A stretch of 64,000 nt of DNA from Mustelus asterias (taxonomy: Eukaryota), in NCBI RefSeq assembly GCF_964213995.1, contig NC_135809.1:54002001-54066000 (forward strand), given 5' to 3'. Within the stretch, counting starts at the first letter, position 1. Every line of letters starts with the position of its first letter. A program made the position numbers and the translations under genes. The notes under the pieces were generated by a model, which searched no databases, was not told the origin of the DNA, and saw only the letters and a program-made list of their open reading frames with translations. Shown piece after piece: positions 36,482 through 49,357 of this stretch.

Positions 36482-37842
36482 GTAAGAAGTTTAACAACAC
36501 CAGGTTAAAGTCCAACAGGTTTATTTGGTAGCAAAAGCCACACAAGCTTTCGGAGCTCCAAACCCCTTCTTCAGGTGAGTGCGAATTCTGTTCACAAACA
36601 GGGCATATAAAGACACAAACCCAATTTACATGAATAATGGTTGGAATGGGAATACTTACAACTAATCAAGTCTTTAAGAAACAAAACGTGAGTGGAGAGA
36701 GCATCAAGACAGGCTAAAAAGATGTGTATTGTCTCCAGACAAGACAGCCAGTGAAACTCTGCAGGTCCAGGCAACTGTGAGGGTTACAAATAGTGTGACA
36801 TGAACCCAATATCCTGGTTGAGGCCGTCCTCGTGTGTGCGGAACTTGGCTATCAGTTTCTGCTCAGCGACTCTGCGCCGTCGTGTGTCATGAAGGCCGCC
36901 TTGGAGAACGCTTACCCGAATATCAGAGGCCGAATGTCCGTGACCGCTGAAGTGCTCCCCAACAGGAAGAGAACAGTCTTGCCTGGTGATTGTCGAGCGG
37001 TGTTCATTCATCCATTGTCGCAGCGTCTGCATAGTTTCCCCAATGTACCATGCCTTGGGACATCCTTTCTTGCAGCGTATCAGGTAGACAACGTTGGCCG
37101 AGTTGCAAAGAGTATGTACCGTGTACCTGGTGGATGGTGTTCTCATGTGAGATGATGGCATCTGTGTCGATGATCCGGCAGGTCTTGCAGAGGTTGCTGT
37201 GGCAGGGTTGTGTGGTGTCATGGTCACTGTTCTCCTGAAGGCTGGGTAGTTTGCTGCGGACAATGGTCTGTTTGAGGTTGCGCGGTTGTTTGAAGGCAAG
37301 AAGTGGGGATGGCCTTGGCGAGATGTTCGTCTTCATCAATGACATGTTGAAGGCTCCGGAGGAGATGCCGTAGCTTCTCTGCTCCGGGGAAGTACTGGAC
37401 GACGAAGGGTACTCTGTCCACTGTGTCCCGTGTTTGTCTTCTGAGGAGGTCGGTGCGGTTTTTCGCTGTGGCGCGTTGGAACTGTTGATCAATGAGTCGA
37501 GCGTTATATCCTGTTCTTATGAGGGCATCTTTCAGCGTCTGGAGGTGTCTGTTGCGATCCTCCTCATCCGAGCAGATCCTGTGTATACGGAGGGCTTGTC
37601 CATGGGGGATGGCTTCTTTAACGTGTTTAGGGTGGAAGCTGGAGAAGTGGAGCATCGTGAGGTTATCCGTGGGCTTGCGGTACAGTGAGGTGCTGAGGTG
37701 ACCGTCCTGAATGGAGATGCGTGTGTCCAAGAATGCAACCGATTCCGGAGAGTAGTCTATGGTGAGTCTGATGGTGGGATGGAACTTGTTGATGTCATCA
37801 TAGAGTTGTTTCAGTGATTGTTCACCATGAGTCCAAAGGAAG
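36482..37842 (-). mobile_element. Penelope-like element, 5'-truncated (RT C-terminus + GIY-YIG endonuclease + pLTR)
   Basis: TSLYRKPTDNLTMLHFSSFHPKH..ALRIHRICS; NVVYLIRCKKGCPKAWYIGET; 11-bp TSD atccctgttca (36471-81, 37843-53). Confidence 0.93.
36541..36577 (-). ncRNA. Minimal type I hammerhead ribozyme in Penelope pLTR
   Basis: Reverse complement: cac-CTGAAGA-a-ggggt-ttgga-gctcc-GAAA-gctt-gtg (core boxes, helix II, palindromic AAGCTT helix III). Confidence 0.75.
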
Positions 37843-40800
37843 ATCCCTGTTCATCCATGGTTTCCGGTTGGGAAACACGCAGACTTGCTTCTTTGGCACA
37901 CAGTTTTCTACACACTAATGAAGTCAGTTACTTGTAGTGGCGTACTCATTCAGGCTGGTTGCAGAGTTTTTAAATACTGACCAGTCTACTGACTCTAAGC
38001 AGTCTCATAGGAGATCATCCGATTCCTCAGACCAACATTGCATGACTTTCTTTGATGGATTCTCACGTTTCAGTTTTTGCTTGTAAACTGGGACCAAGAG
38101 CACAGCCTTGTGGACTGATGAACAAGGCACCAGGATGTTTCGTCTCAAGGCTATTTGCAGTGGTGTATATTTCATTCAGTGTGGTCCTCACGTCCGCGTG
38201 AGATTGGATATAAATGCTGTCAGGGTAACAGAGGTGAACTCCTGCGGAAGGTAGTCGGGGCAACATTTTAGCATCAAGTATTCTAGGTCCGGGGAACAGA
38301 AACTCACCAGTGTTGCTACATCTAGACACCACAAGGTGTTGATTTGGAGGCAAACCCTGCTTCCCCTAGTCTTGCCTGAGGCCGCTGTACAGTCCATTCG
38401 GTGGATTGAGAAGCCCCATGGTTATAGGGCACAGTCCAGTGAAGCAGGAGTGAGCCATATCTCCGTGAAACAGAGTACATAGCAGTCCCTCAATTCTCTT
38501 TGAGAAGTGAGTTTGGCTTTAAGTTTGTCTAGCTTGTTTTCCAGAGATTGGACATTTGCCAGGAGTAAGCTGGGGAGGGAGGCCTTGGGATCACATTATT
38601 TCACTCTCATCTGCAGGCCTGCACATTTTTCATGCTTCCTTGAGTGACTGCTTCTTTTCGGGAGTGAGAGTAGTTTGCGGTGTTAAGGGTATAGTTGTGT
38701 CCAGTGAGGTTCTTTTCTCTGGTCAGTGTGTAGATAGAGGATTTGTTGCCATGTTTGCAATTCCTACGTCGTTAGATGCATCTACGCCATCGGGTGTTCC
38801 GGGTCGCTGTCAGGCTGCGGTTTGGCTTTGGAGATTGAAGAATGTCCAGAACACGCTCTGAGATGGACGGGTTGAAGGTTGGTAAGTGGATGATGTTTCT
38901 GGGGTCGCAGTCATGGGTGAGCTGATGGCTGGGTCCATATGTTGGGGTTCTCAGGGTCATTGCTTGGTCGGGGTCTTCCTTCGGAGGTCAGAGGATCTCT
39001 AGACCTGCAAGTAAATTTTTTAAAAGCAATATTAGTGATTTTTAGGCAGTGAAAGTTGATTTTTAGGAGTGTTGGGCAATTGTAGAAGGGGAGAATTAGG
39101 GATTAGGACTCAGAGTTGCAGAGAACTGGCACAGACACAGTGGGTCCAGTGGCCACCTTCTGTGCTGTAACTCTTCTATGATGAGTGCTCAGCGGAAACA
39201 TGAGCTGAGTCACTGGAAGGTGTTTGATTTCCCTGAGAGATCCAAATTCTGACGATAACCCAAACATGACCATAAAATTTTGACTGCATTTCAGTGTGTG
39301 CAAGAGCCATAATCCAGTCATATTTGCAATTAAACTTTGCAAGTGTGCCTGCGTTAAGAATGAAAAGCACTCACCTTCAGTTTTACTTTCCTTGCCTATT
39401 GCGAATTTTAATTTTCACAAAGGTGAGGAGGCTTTTTCACACACGCTAGCTAATAGACACATTGTAATAGTCATGGCACTCCTTTCCAATAGATGGTTAG
39501 GGACATCATAAATTTTTGAGCCTTTTTGCTTACCCAATCCTTTGTCCTTATTTCAGTGTGATCATTTTGTGCTGCTCATGTTTAGCAAAACTTGCCTTTT
39601 ATAAATTGGCCTTGCTGCACCATTTGGTTCCAAAACAGGGACTTCTTTGACAAGTAGGTCAATTTGAAGGGGATGATGCACATTTAAAAATCTTGCTCAC
39701 AAATCAGTTTCACTGGAAGCCATTACACATGCAGTGCTCAGAGCAACATATCCCCGACACAATACATTTTAATTGGAATTTGCCACAGCCATTTTCCCCA
39801 GGGAGTTTTCTCCTGGGTGATTCATGCAACTGACAGATCTCAACAGACCTGCTGACAAATACAAGACTTTTTACAATTGAATTATTTCCCTCTAGCCTCC
39901 AAAACCCCCAACCCCAAACCTAAATTAAGATGGCCAGTCTAGATTCCAATTGAATTTATCGTATGTAATGTTTATTCTTAACTTGTTTAGAACATGGAGT
40001 TTTTGCCATCTTTTGTAGTTTGCGGGGAGTCTGCAATACATTTTACCACAGTTTTACTTGGTGGCTGCAAAGCAAAAATAAGTATAATAAAAATATTATT
40101 AAAAATTTGAGACGAAGAATGTTATTTTGCTGCATTTACTAGATTACAGTAGTATTCCCTTTGCTGCAGTGGCTGACTGATTAATTTCCTTAGATTGATT
40201 CAGATTTTAAAAACACAAAGCAGAACTAGTTTGTTCTTAAAATATACCTTCTAAAAGAACAATCATAAAAATTGCAACATAAGATTCATCACCAATTGGG
40301 GAGGGTGGGGTGTGAAGGCAAACAAATCACATCTTAGATTTGTTTCCTACTCTGCACTGAACTAGCTGATCCCAGCTCATGTGACAATGGGGATTCTAAA
40401 TTGAATTCAGTGACTCTTGATTTGGGAATAATCACCCAAGGCTTCTCTTTTGTCTTCCCTTGATAGGATCACTATCTACTGACCCCTTCTGGAAAATGAG
40501 GGTTTTCAGATAAGGACAGTTTGTGCTTGGTTATGACGCCATCTGTAGTCAAACAACTTTCTGGCTCTCCCTTTCAACACTGGATTGATGGCACTGGTTG
40601 AGGTACAGGAAAGCATCTGACCAAAATACGCATTCTCTTGGGCCAGTTTAACCCGGAGCCATCAGTGCTTTCAGGCTGGGAAGAAACGTAAAAGAAAACC
40701 AGCAAGCAATTTACATTTATATTTTAATCGCCAAGATTTTCTAATTCAATTAAATAAACATTTTGCTTCACAAGAAAATATAGTTCAGGTAGAAAAAGGC

Positions 40801-40859
40801 CCTTGTCACTTTTTTATGTGCCGGTTGGTTGGTTGATGCGCATTAAGCTATCATCATGT

Positions 40860-41282
40860 TTAATGACCTCCAAATCAAGTTATTTACAGCTAATGGACTA
40901 CTTTTGAAATGTAGTCACTGTTGTAATGTCGGAAACACAGCAGCCAATTTGGACACAGCAAGGTCTCAAAAACAGCAATGAAATAAATGATCAGATTATC
41001 TGGGATAGTAAGATGTTAGTAAAGGAATGAATGTTTGCCAGGGGATCAGGCAAATTGCCCCGCTCTTCTTCGAATAATGTTGTATAATGTTTTACATCTG
41101 CCTGAGAGGGCAGATGGGGGCTCAGTTTAATGTTGTAAGCAAAAGACGGCACCTCTGACCAGGCGGCACTCCCTCAGTACTGCATTAAAGTGTCAGTCAA
41201 AATTTTGTACTGAAGTCTCTGGAGGGAACCTTGAATCTTTTGACTCTGGCAAGAATACTACCGTCAAGTCATAGCCGGCACC
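40860..41282 (-). mobile_element. DeuSINE (SacSINE1-like) old SINE
   Basis: Reverse complement gtactgagggagtgccgcc..agaggtgccgtcttt..tctgccctctcaggcagatgtaaaa..cgaagaagagcggggc. Confidence 0.75.
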
Positions 41283-42228
41283 TCATTTGTAGAACTGCCC
41301 GCCCCCCATCATGAGTCAGTGTTTAGAAATGGAAGGTAAAAATTTGGAGCTTACGAAATGCCCTCACAATTACTTTTACTCATTTTAATGACACTCTTTA
41401 TAGCAGTATTTGCTTCCACTTACTCCTGACTCAGAGGCAACGGTGCAACCTGAGCTGATACATCTGCAGGATTATTTGGAGTCAGCTGGGATGATTCCCA
41501 GATGATAGTCAGAGATATGCCTTCTCGGTCCTATTACTGAGTTAGAATGGCTGGTCAATCATCAGTGGTGTTCTAGAATACTGCGAACCACCTGGATCAG
41601 GCATTGTATTGAATCTCTCGGTGAGAGTGAACTTGAAGACCTGATGTGGATATTCAGAACTATCATAGGGGACCCCAATCCCAGATAGATCTGGCTTACT
41701 TTCTCCATTCTGTACCTCTGACAAATCATCACGAACCATGCCACTATTTTTCTTGGGTCAGCAACCCAAGTATTGCAAAGAAGTTACCAGAATTTTTCAT
41801 CAGGCAGAGTTATTCAGTTGATCAAACAGTTAGCATGGATTTGTGAAAGGCAGGTCACCTCCGCCTAATCGAATTCATTTTAAAAACAAAAGTGCTTACA
41901 TTTAAACAGTACCTTTCATAACCACAAGACATGCCGTGCCCAGTAAAGGTATCATATTCTTAACTTTCAAGGTACAGACTCTATCCAATGTGAACTCTTT
42001 GAAAATTGACTTTAAAAAGTGAAGTGGACAGTGCGCGTCAAAGATGACTGCGAAAGGTCAGGTGATCGTCTTTGATTTCTGCACAAAGGGTTAACTCGCG
42101 TGACCATGCCATTGAAAGCCATTAAAATATAAATGTCAGGGGTGGAAGACCCTCCCTAGAAAAGTCATTCAAAATGTGAAACCAATTGTGGAATTTGATG
42201 TCCCATTGTCAAAGGCCCCAGACTCAAT

Positions 42229-42486
42229 GGGGCGAATTTTCCCATTTTGCCCACCATGGGAATCGGAGCGGGTGAGGGGCGGACCATGGAAAGGTTCGTT
42301 GACCTCTGGCAAGATTTTCCAGGTTTCGGGGCGAGCACAGCTGGAAAATCCCACCCAGTGGCCAGAATTTTACCGGCACGTCCACCCTGATTCCGAGGGC
42401 AGGCAAGGCTCGGAGAATGACATTCTCCTTTGGCCTCGGGAGGGATCGTACGAACCTCAGGAGGACGTGCCGGTAAAAATCCATCC
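42229..42486. mobile_element. Two adjacent small Harbinger-type MITEs (42229-42356, 42360-42486)
   Basis: Each has TIRs (ggggcgaattttccc/ggaaaatcccaccc; ggccagaattttaccggcacgtcc/ggacgtgccggtaaaaatccatcc); flanks AAT-AGT-AAT. Confidence 0.8.
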
Positions 42487-42701
42487 AATGCCTCCAAACT
42501 AGATGCTTAACAAGGAGAACTGCAGAGAAACCAGTTTACCACAAGGAGATGTGAACAGCCATCATTCATCTTACATTGTGTAGCACTTGCTTCTAACTGA
42601 ATCATTTATATAGACAATGAGAGTATTGATCAAAACTGACTTCAGGTTACAAATCTTACTCAAAAAAATCAGTGAGAGGCAAGATAGTCTGGAAAACAAC
42701 A

Positions 42702-43525
42702 TTTGATTTGATTTATTGTTGTCATATGTATTAACATACAGTGAAAAGTATTGTTTCTTGCGCGCTATACAGACAAAACATACCGTTCATAGAGAAGGAA
42801 ACAAGAGAGTGCAGAATGTAGTGTTACAGTCATAGCTAGGGCGTAGAGAAAGATCAACTTAATGCAATGTAAGTCCATTCCGAAGTCTGACAGCAGCAGG
42901 GAAGAAGCTGTTCTTGAATCGGTTGGTATGTGACCTCAGACTTTGTATCTTTTTCCCGAAGGAAGAAGGTAGAAGAGAGAATGTCCGGGGTGCATGGGGT
43001 CCTTAATTATGCTGGATGCTTTGCCGAGGCAGCGGGAAGTGTAGACGGAGTCAATGGATGGGAGGCTGGTTTGCGTGATGGATTGGGCTACATTCACAAT
43101 CTTTTGTAGTTCCTTGCAGTCTTGGGCAGAGCAGGAGCCATACCAAGCTGTGATACAACTAGAAAGAATGTTTTCTATGGCGCATCAGTAAACGTTGGCC
43201 TTTCTTGTGCACTGTTCTCAAGCTGACATGCCAAATTTCCATAGTCTTCTGAGAAAGTAGAGGTGTGGTGGGCTTTCTTAACTATAGTGTCGGCATGGGG
43301 GGACCAGGACAGGTTGGTGGTGATCTGGACACCTAAAAGCTTGAAGCTCTTGACCCTTTCTACTTCGTCTCCATTGATGTAGACAGGGACATGTTCTCCT
43401 TTATGCTTCCTGAAGTCGATGACAATCTCCTTCATTTTGTTGACAGAGGGAGAGATTATTGTTGCCGCATCAGTTCACCAGATTCTCTATCTCATTCCTG
43501 TACTCTGTTTCATCATTGTTTGAGA
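42702..43525 (-). mobile_element. Rex1/Babar LINE 3' part
   Basis: KEIVIDFRKHKGEHVPVYING..FKLLGVQITTNLSW; (TTTGA)n tail. Confidence 0.88.
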
Positions 43526-44815
43526 ACCGTGCACAAGAAGGGCCATTCCTCCAGCAAGAAGAGTAGAACACTGGCTGACAACCAGCTAACCCAAGCAGTA
43601 AGAGAGAGAGAGCCAAGGACTAACTTGTCTTCACCTACACAGATTTGTCCCTTCAGTAACTTTTTTATAAAACGTAGAGGAAAGGGGTCCCAGGGCTGCT
43701 AATTAGTTTTAACAACAAGAAAAAACATTTATTACACATGAAAAAATTGGATTATGATAAAATACTCCTTTACCCCCCCTGCTTAACAAATGCACATGGA
43801 TTTTAAGATTAACAGATTGCGAAGTACATCATAATCTACAATGGTCTTATTACATACGAAGCCCCTTCTAAGCACAAAAGATGACAGTGGTCAAATACAC
43901 TCTCCACTCTGAAATCCAATGATTGTCTGTGGATGTCTCCTCAGAATCCCCCTAGATAATTGTTACATGAAAGCTTCCAAACTTAACTCCCAAAGGACAC
44001 ACTTTAAAATCTTGTCTCATAATAATGCTTTCTCTTAGTGGTTTGCATTCTGAAATCCAGACCAGGTTTTCCAAATGGCACTTTTAAACAAAGCTTGTGC
44101 TCTACTGTTAACAGTGAATCCAGTCCAGGATTTTACACCACCCCCCTTTAGGATTTATTTGTTTTGACTGCTGTGCAAACTGTTCACAATTGCTTTACCT
44201 CTCTGTTCTCAGACTCTTACTAAAATAGCATAAAATGTTTTATTTACTTCTGAAGTCTGCTATCTCACTTTAAATTTAGTTACTGCAACTATCCCTTTAA
44301 CTCAGAACATTTATTTACTCTTCCTTGAATTCTTCTGAACAATACATTGGTCTCTGTTCTCTTAACTTTAGTCACCTTCAACATCCTTTCTATCTCAATT
44401 CCCTGGACTGTATCTTTTCGTTAGGAAACTTGCACCTCTACAACTCCCTTGTCCTGTCCATCTTCTCCTGGCAGAGTTGAGAGTTGTTCGCTTCTTACTG
44501 TCCTGTCTCCAACTACCCTGGCTTCTAGTTAAAACTAAGAACAAAGGAAAGTTTTTTCCTCTGGGATGTGTGCCCCTGTCGCTACACAACACCCCTACTA
44601 CTATTTTTTATTTTACATGCAGTAGCCCTCTCTAAGCACAATAGAAACACAGTTGGAACTTAACCAACCCCCACAGTTACATGAATACTTTGTCTGGCAT
44701 GATCCTAAGTATAGATTTTGCCCTTCCAGGCACAGAAACATTAAATTAAACATATTTAAAACTATACCTTATTTCTAATGTTTATCAATACAAATATAAA
44801 TCCCTTAGAACTATC
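43526..44815 (-). mobile_element. Probable long LTR-derived sequence
   Basis: Non-coding block that abruptly truncates the Rex1 and CR1 neighbours; AATAAA on the minus strand near 43730; boundaries uncertain. Confidence 0.35.
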
Positions 44816-44819
44816 TTTA

Positions 44820-46420
44820 TTTTCCTATTTTGGCAGGAAAAATAAAAAAGCTGACTATTACATAAACAAAGAAAAGCTGCAGAATTCTGAGGTATAGCTA
44901 GGTTTCTAATGTATGAGTCACAAAAAGTTAGTATTCTGGTACAGCAAGTAATTAAGAAGGCTAATGAAATGCTATCATTTATAACAACAGAAATTAAACA
45001 AAACAGTAAAGATGTTAAGGTTTGGTGAGACCACATCTTGAATAGTGTGTGTCATTTGGTCACCTTATTTAAGGAAGGATGTAAATGCACTGGAGACAGT
45101 TCAGAGGAGCTTTACTAGATTGATATCTAGAATGCATGGGTTGTCTTATGAGGAACAATTAGACAGACTGGGCTTGCTTTTGCTGGAGTTTAGAAGAGTG
45201 AGAGGTGCATTGATTGAGGTATACAAGATCCTGAATGGTTTTGACAAGGTGGACGTGGAAAGGATGTTTCCTCTTGTGGATGAGTCCAGAACTAGGCATA
45301 CAGTTTTAAAATTGAGGCTTGCCCTTTTAGGACAGATAAGACAGAGATGAGGATAATTTTTTCTCTGAGTGTTGTGTGACATTGGAACACTTTGCATCAG
45401 AAGGCAATGGAAGCAAGTCATATTTTTAAGGCAGAGGAAGACAGATTCTTGTTCAGCAAGGGATCAAAGGTATCAGGGATAATAGGAATGTAGAACATGA
45501 AACACAAATAAATCAACCATGATGTTTTTGAATGGTGGAGCAGGCTCAAGGGCCAAATGGAGAATCTAGTGAAAATGAGGAAGTTAGGGATATTATTATT
45601 GGTAAAGAAATAGTTCTGAGAAGTGAATAGGACATATGGTCAACAAGTCCCCTTGAATTATTGGCCTGCATCCTAGGGTTTAAAAGAGGTAGCCACAGTG
45701 ATAGCGGATGCATTGGTTTTGACTAGTTGGACTGATGTCGGTAATAAGGAAAATGGTATCCAAGATTCCAAATTTGGTCTCCAAGATTGATATCCAAATA
45801 TTATTCAAGATATTTTAACAGCTCTTACAAAATCATAATATAATTATGCAACATAGATTTATGAAAGGGAAATTAAGTTTAACAAATCTGCTAAGAGTTT
45901 TCTGAGGTTGTAACATAACGTTGCAGCTAAGCTGGGAACCATTGGATGTGCTGTACTTGGATTTTGAAAAAGCATTCGGTAAGATGCCAAATAAGAGGTT
46001 ATTGCTCAAAATTAGGGCTCCTAGGATTGGAGGTTGTGTATTAGCATGGACTGAGGATTTTTTATGGGACAGAAAACAGAATAGGAATAAACAAACAAGT
46101 TTTGGGTTGATAGGCTGTAATTAATAATGAATGATTAGGCTTCAGCTATTTACAATTCATATTGATTACTTAGATGAGGGTCCGAACGTAGTGCATTCAA
46201 GTTTACTAAGAATACAAAGTTAGGTGGGAGTGTAAGCAGCAAGGAGCTTCTTAAGAGATGGCAAAATGATTCAGACAAATTAAGTGAGTGGGCAAGAGCA
46301 TGGCAGATGGAAGACTGTATGAGGAAATGTGAAATTATATAATTTGGAAGGAAAATAGTAAAGCAGAATATTTTTTAAAAGGTGAGAGATGAGGAAATGT
46401 TGACATTCAAAGTGACCCTC
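44820..46420 (+). mobile_element. Old CR1 LINE fragments (two pieces)
   Basis: WSPYLRKDVNALETVQRSFTRLI; LDVLYLDFEKAFGKMP. Confidence 0.75.
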
Positions 46421-47465
46421 ATTCATGCTTTAATAATCTCTACTCTTGACTATTCTAAACACTTCTGGCTGGTCTCCCAAATTCCATCCCCCATAAACTT
46501 GAAGTAATATGCCTCTACTTACACCAAGTTCTGTTCACCCTTCAGCCTTGTGCTTGGTGACCTACTTTGGCTCCTGTTCCAGCAATGCCTTAATTTTAAA
46601 AGGGTTTGTATTTTCTTCGAGGACAAGCAATCGCCTCTTTCATCCCGCAAAGACAATATCCTGTCAGTTGCACATCAAGGGACAAAGTGAATGAACAGAT
46701 TCAGTTATCCATTGTGGATCAGCTCATTGCCTATCAGAACGCAAATTACTAGAAAATATTGGAGTGGCACAGTGGTCAGCACTGCTGCCTCACAGCGCCC
46801 GGCACCCAGGTTCAATTCTGGCCTTGGGTGACTGTCTGTATGGAATTTGCAAGTTCTCCCCGTGTCTGTGTGGATTTCCTCCGGGTGCTCCAGTTTCCTC
46901 CCACAGTCCGAAAGACATGCAGGTTAGGTGGATTGGCCATTCTAAATTACCCCTTCATGTCAGGGGGATTAGCAGGGTAACTGTGTGGGGTTACATGGAT
47001 AGGGCCTGGGTGGGATTGTTGTTGGTGCAGGCTCGAAGGGCTGAATGGTCTCCATCTGTACTGAAGGGATTCTGTGATTCTATGAATTTTCTTATTCTTA
47101 TTTTCAAATCATTCCATGGCCCCACCCTTCTTTCTTTTTAAACAACCTTAATCTCACAAATCTCCAAGATACCTGTGCTCATCAAATTCTGGTCTCTTGT
47201 GCATCCTGATTGTAATTGCGATAACTTTTGTGGCTCTGCCTTCAGTTGTCTAGGCCCAAAGGTCTGGAATTCCCTCCCCTAAACCTTTCCATCTCTCTAC
47301 CTCTCTATCCTCCTTTAAGATGCTCCTTGAAACCTACCTCTTTGACCAAGTTTCTGTCCATCTATCTAATGTGGCTCAATGTCTAATTTTGCTTATAGCA
47401 TTGTTGTGAAGCACCTTTAAGATATTTTATTATGTTAAAAGCATTATATAAGTACAAGTTGTTGC
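46420..47465 (+). mobile_element. L2-like LINE 3' end interrupted by HE1 SINE (46760-47084)
   Basis: cttgactattctaa...ggtctggaattccctccc...aaacctacctctttgaccaag...gtgaagcac...aagttgttg tail. Confidence 0.6.
46760..47084 (+). mobile_element. HE1-type SINE
   Basis: Matches other copies. Confidence 0.88.
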
Positions 47466-47469
47466 TAGA

Positions 47470-49030
47470 CTAGCGTGTCATTGTACACAGAAAGCAGAAA
47501 ATTGACATGAAGATACAGCACATAATGAGGAAAGCAAATAGCCTGTTAACCTTCATTATAAATGGATTGGAATATAGAAGCGCAGAAGTCTAACTGCAAT
47601 TGTTTAAGGACCACACCTGGAGTATTGGGTACAGAACAAAGAACAAAGAACAATACAGCACAGGAACAGGCCCTTCGGCCCTCCAAGCCCGCGCCGCTCC
47701 CCGGTCCAGGATTGAATCCTGAATCCAGGATCCCCACCCAATTACAGTTTTGGTCTCATCTAAAAAAGGATAGATTTGACTTGGAGGGAGTACAGCAAAG
47801 GTTCACCAGACTCATTCCTGGAATGAGGGAATTATCCGATGAGGAGGAATTGATAAACTTAAGTGTATGTTCTCTAGAATTTAGAAGAATGTGAGGTGAT
47901 TGCATTAAAACATAAAATTCTTCAGAGGCTTCATGGGGCGATTCAAGAACTATGGGCCCGATTTTACCATTGCGTTGTGCCCGTTTTCAGGTGAGAAAAC
48001 TTGGTAAAGTCGGGCGTGAGGCAAGCAGTGTGATCCACGCCTGCCTCTGCACTGGTTCCCCCTTTACCAAGGCCTGAAAATGCCTGTGATTGGGACCGTG
48101 CCCGATATGGACGCGACAGCCATTTAAATGCATTTGCATGCATTTAAATTAACTTAATGGGCTGCATTTTACCGGCACTTCGCCCATCCAGAATTGACAC
48201 GAAACAGACATGCTCCACATAAGTCCGATTCGGGCGCTCCAGTTAGTGAGGAGGTAAGTGCCGAGCGTCCGACAGCTCTCTGCTTGAGATCGGTGAGAGG
48301 GGGAGGAAGAAAGGAGGGGGGGTCCACTGCCACTCTGTCTGAGATCAGTGGAGGGAAAGGGGATCCGCTGCCTCTGTGTCTGAGATCAGTAGGGGGGAAG
48401 GGACCTGCGATTAATCTGGGTGGTGGGGGTATAAGGGGGTCAGTAATTTTGGGGGGGCGTGCGGCAATGTCTGTGAGCGCCAGGGGGAGGCATTATCCGG
48501 CCCGGGAAGGATGTGGCAAGGGAGTAGCATTCTATCATTTTTTTATTTCTGCACATGTGCAGTTGGAGGCTCCGATTGGAGCTGCAGTGTTTTGGGCACG
48601 TGAAGCCCTGCCCACAGGTTTCTGCAGCGTGATTCGGAATCGCTGATATTTTTGTAGGCAGAGTGCATATGGGGGGCACCTGAGAACGGTTCTAAAAATT
48701 GGATGTGAAAACACTCCCAGTTTCAAGTCCACCCAGCACTTAGAATCAAAATGGTAAAATAGGGCCCTATATCTTAAATGGCCAATCGTTTTTTTGAGAC
48801 TGAGATGAGAATAATTTTCATTTAGAGGATTATAAATATTGGAATTTTCTATCCCAGAGAGCTGTCAATGCTCAATTGTGACTATTCAAGACTGATAGAT
48901 AGATTTTTGGATACTTGAGGAGATTAAGGGACACTGGAATTGTACAAGAAATTGGAGTTGAGGCAAAAGATCAGCCATGATCGTATTAAGTCTCAAAGGA
49001 TCCCACTTCTCTTCCTATTTCTTATGAAAT
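47470..49030 (+). mobile_element. Old CR1 3' region with nested mini CR1-tail insert (47635-47743, -) and MITE (47954-48767)
   Basis: LEGVQQRFTRLIPGMREL..LEFRRM; sequence continues after the MITE. Confidence 0.75.
47954..48767. mobile_element. PIF/Harbinger-type non-autonomous element (about 814 bp)
   Basis: 18-bp TIR gggcccgattttaccatt / aatggtaaaatagggccc (1 mismatch); TSD TAT. Confidence 0.85.
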
Positions 49031-49140
49031 GTTCTCAATTTAGTCTCAAGTGAGTGTGCCCAGGCTAAAGCTGACAACCACCAGATTCCTAAAGAACAGA
49101 TGTGAATCAATACACCGCTACCACTGATATCTTCCAATCA

Positions 49141-49357
49141 TGTAGAGTACAAGGATTAACATCAGGAGCATATATGGTGGTAATGTAGTAATGGTGTCAG
49201 ATTACATGACTGAGAAGTAAGAGTCCTGGAAGAGGAGCAGCTCCAGCCTTGTGTCGAGATCCAAATGTCAAAATACTTGCTGTAAATAAAGATTAATGGT
49301 TTTGAGAAACTACGGGCTCAAGCAGCATACTTTGGGACAATAGACAATTCCCCAGAA
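49141..49357 (+). mobile_element. Possible short solo LTR
   Basis: Starts TGTAG, AATAAA near 49285; no clear TSD. Confidence 0.3.

Larger units (their letters stand above)
34620..39000 (-). mobile_element. Near full-length degenerate Rex1/Babar LINE (APE endonuclease + RT), split by Penelope at 36482-37842
   Basis: EN: SGKTRGSRVCLQINTLWC...CSPDLEYLMLKC; RT: GPDGVP..FTDIFNLSL..LNDCRPMVLTSIIMKCF, IFKFADNNTVVG, LYFLKRLRKFG; (TTTGA)n tail at 34620. Confidence 0.9.
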
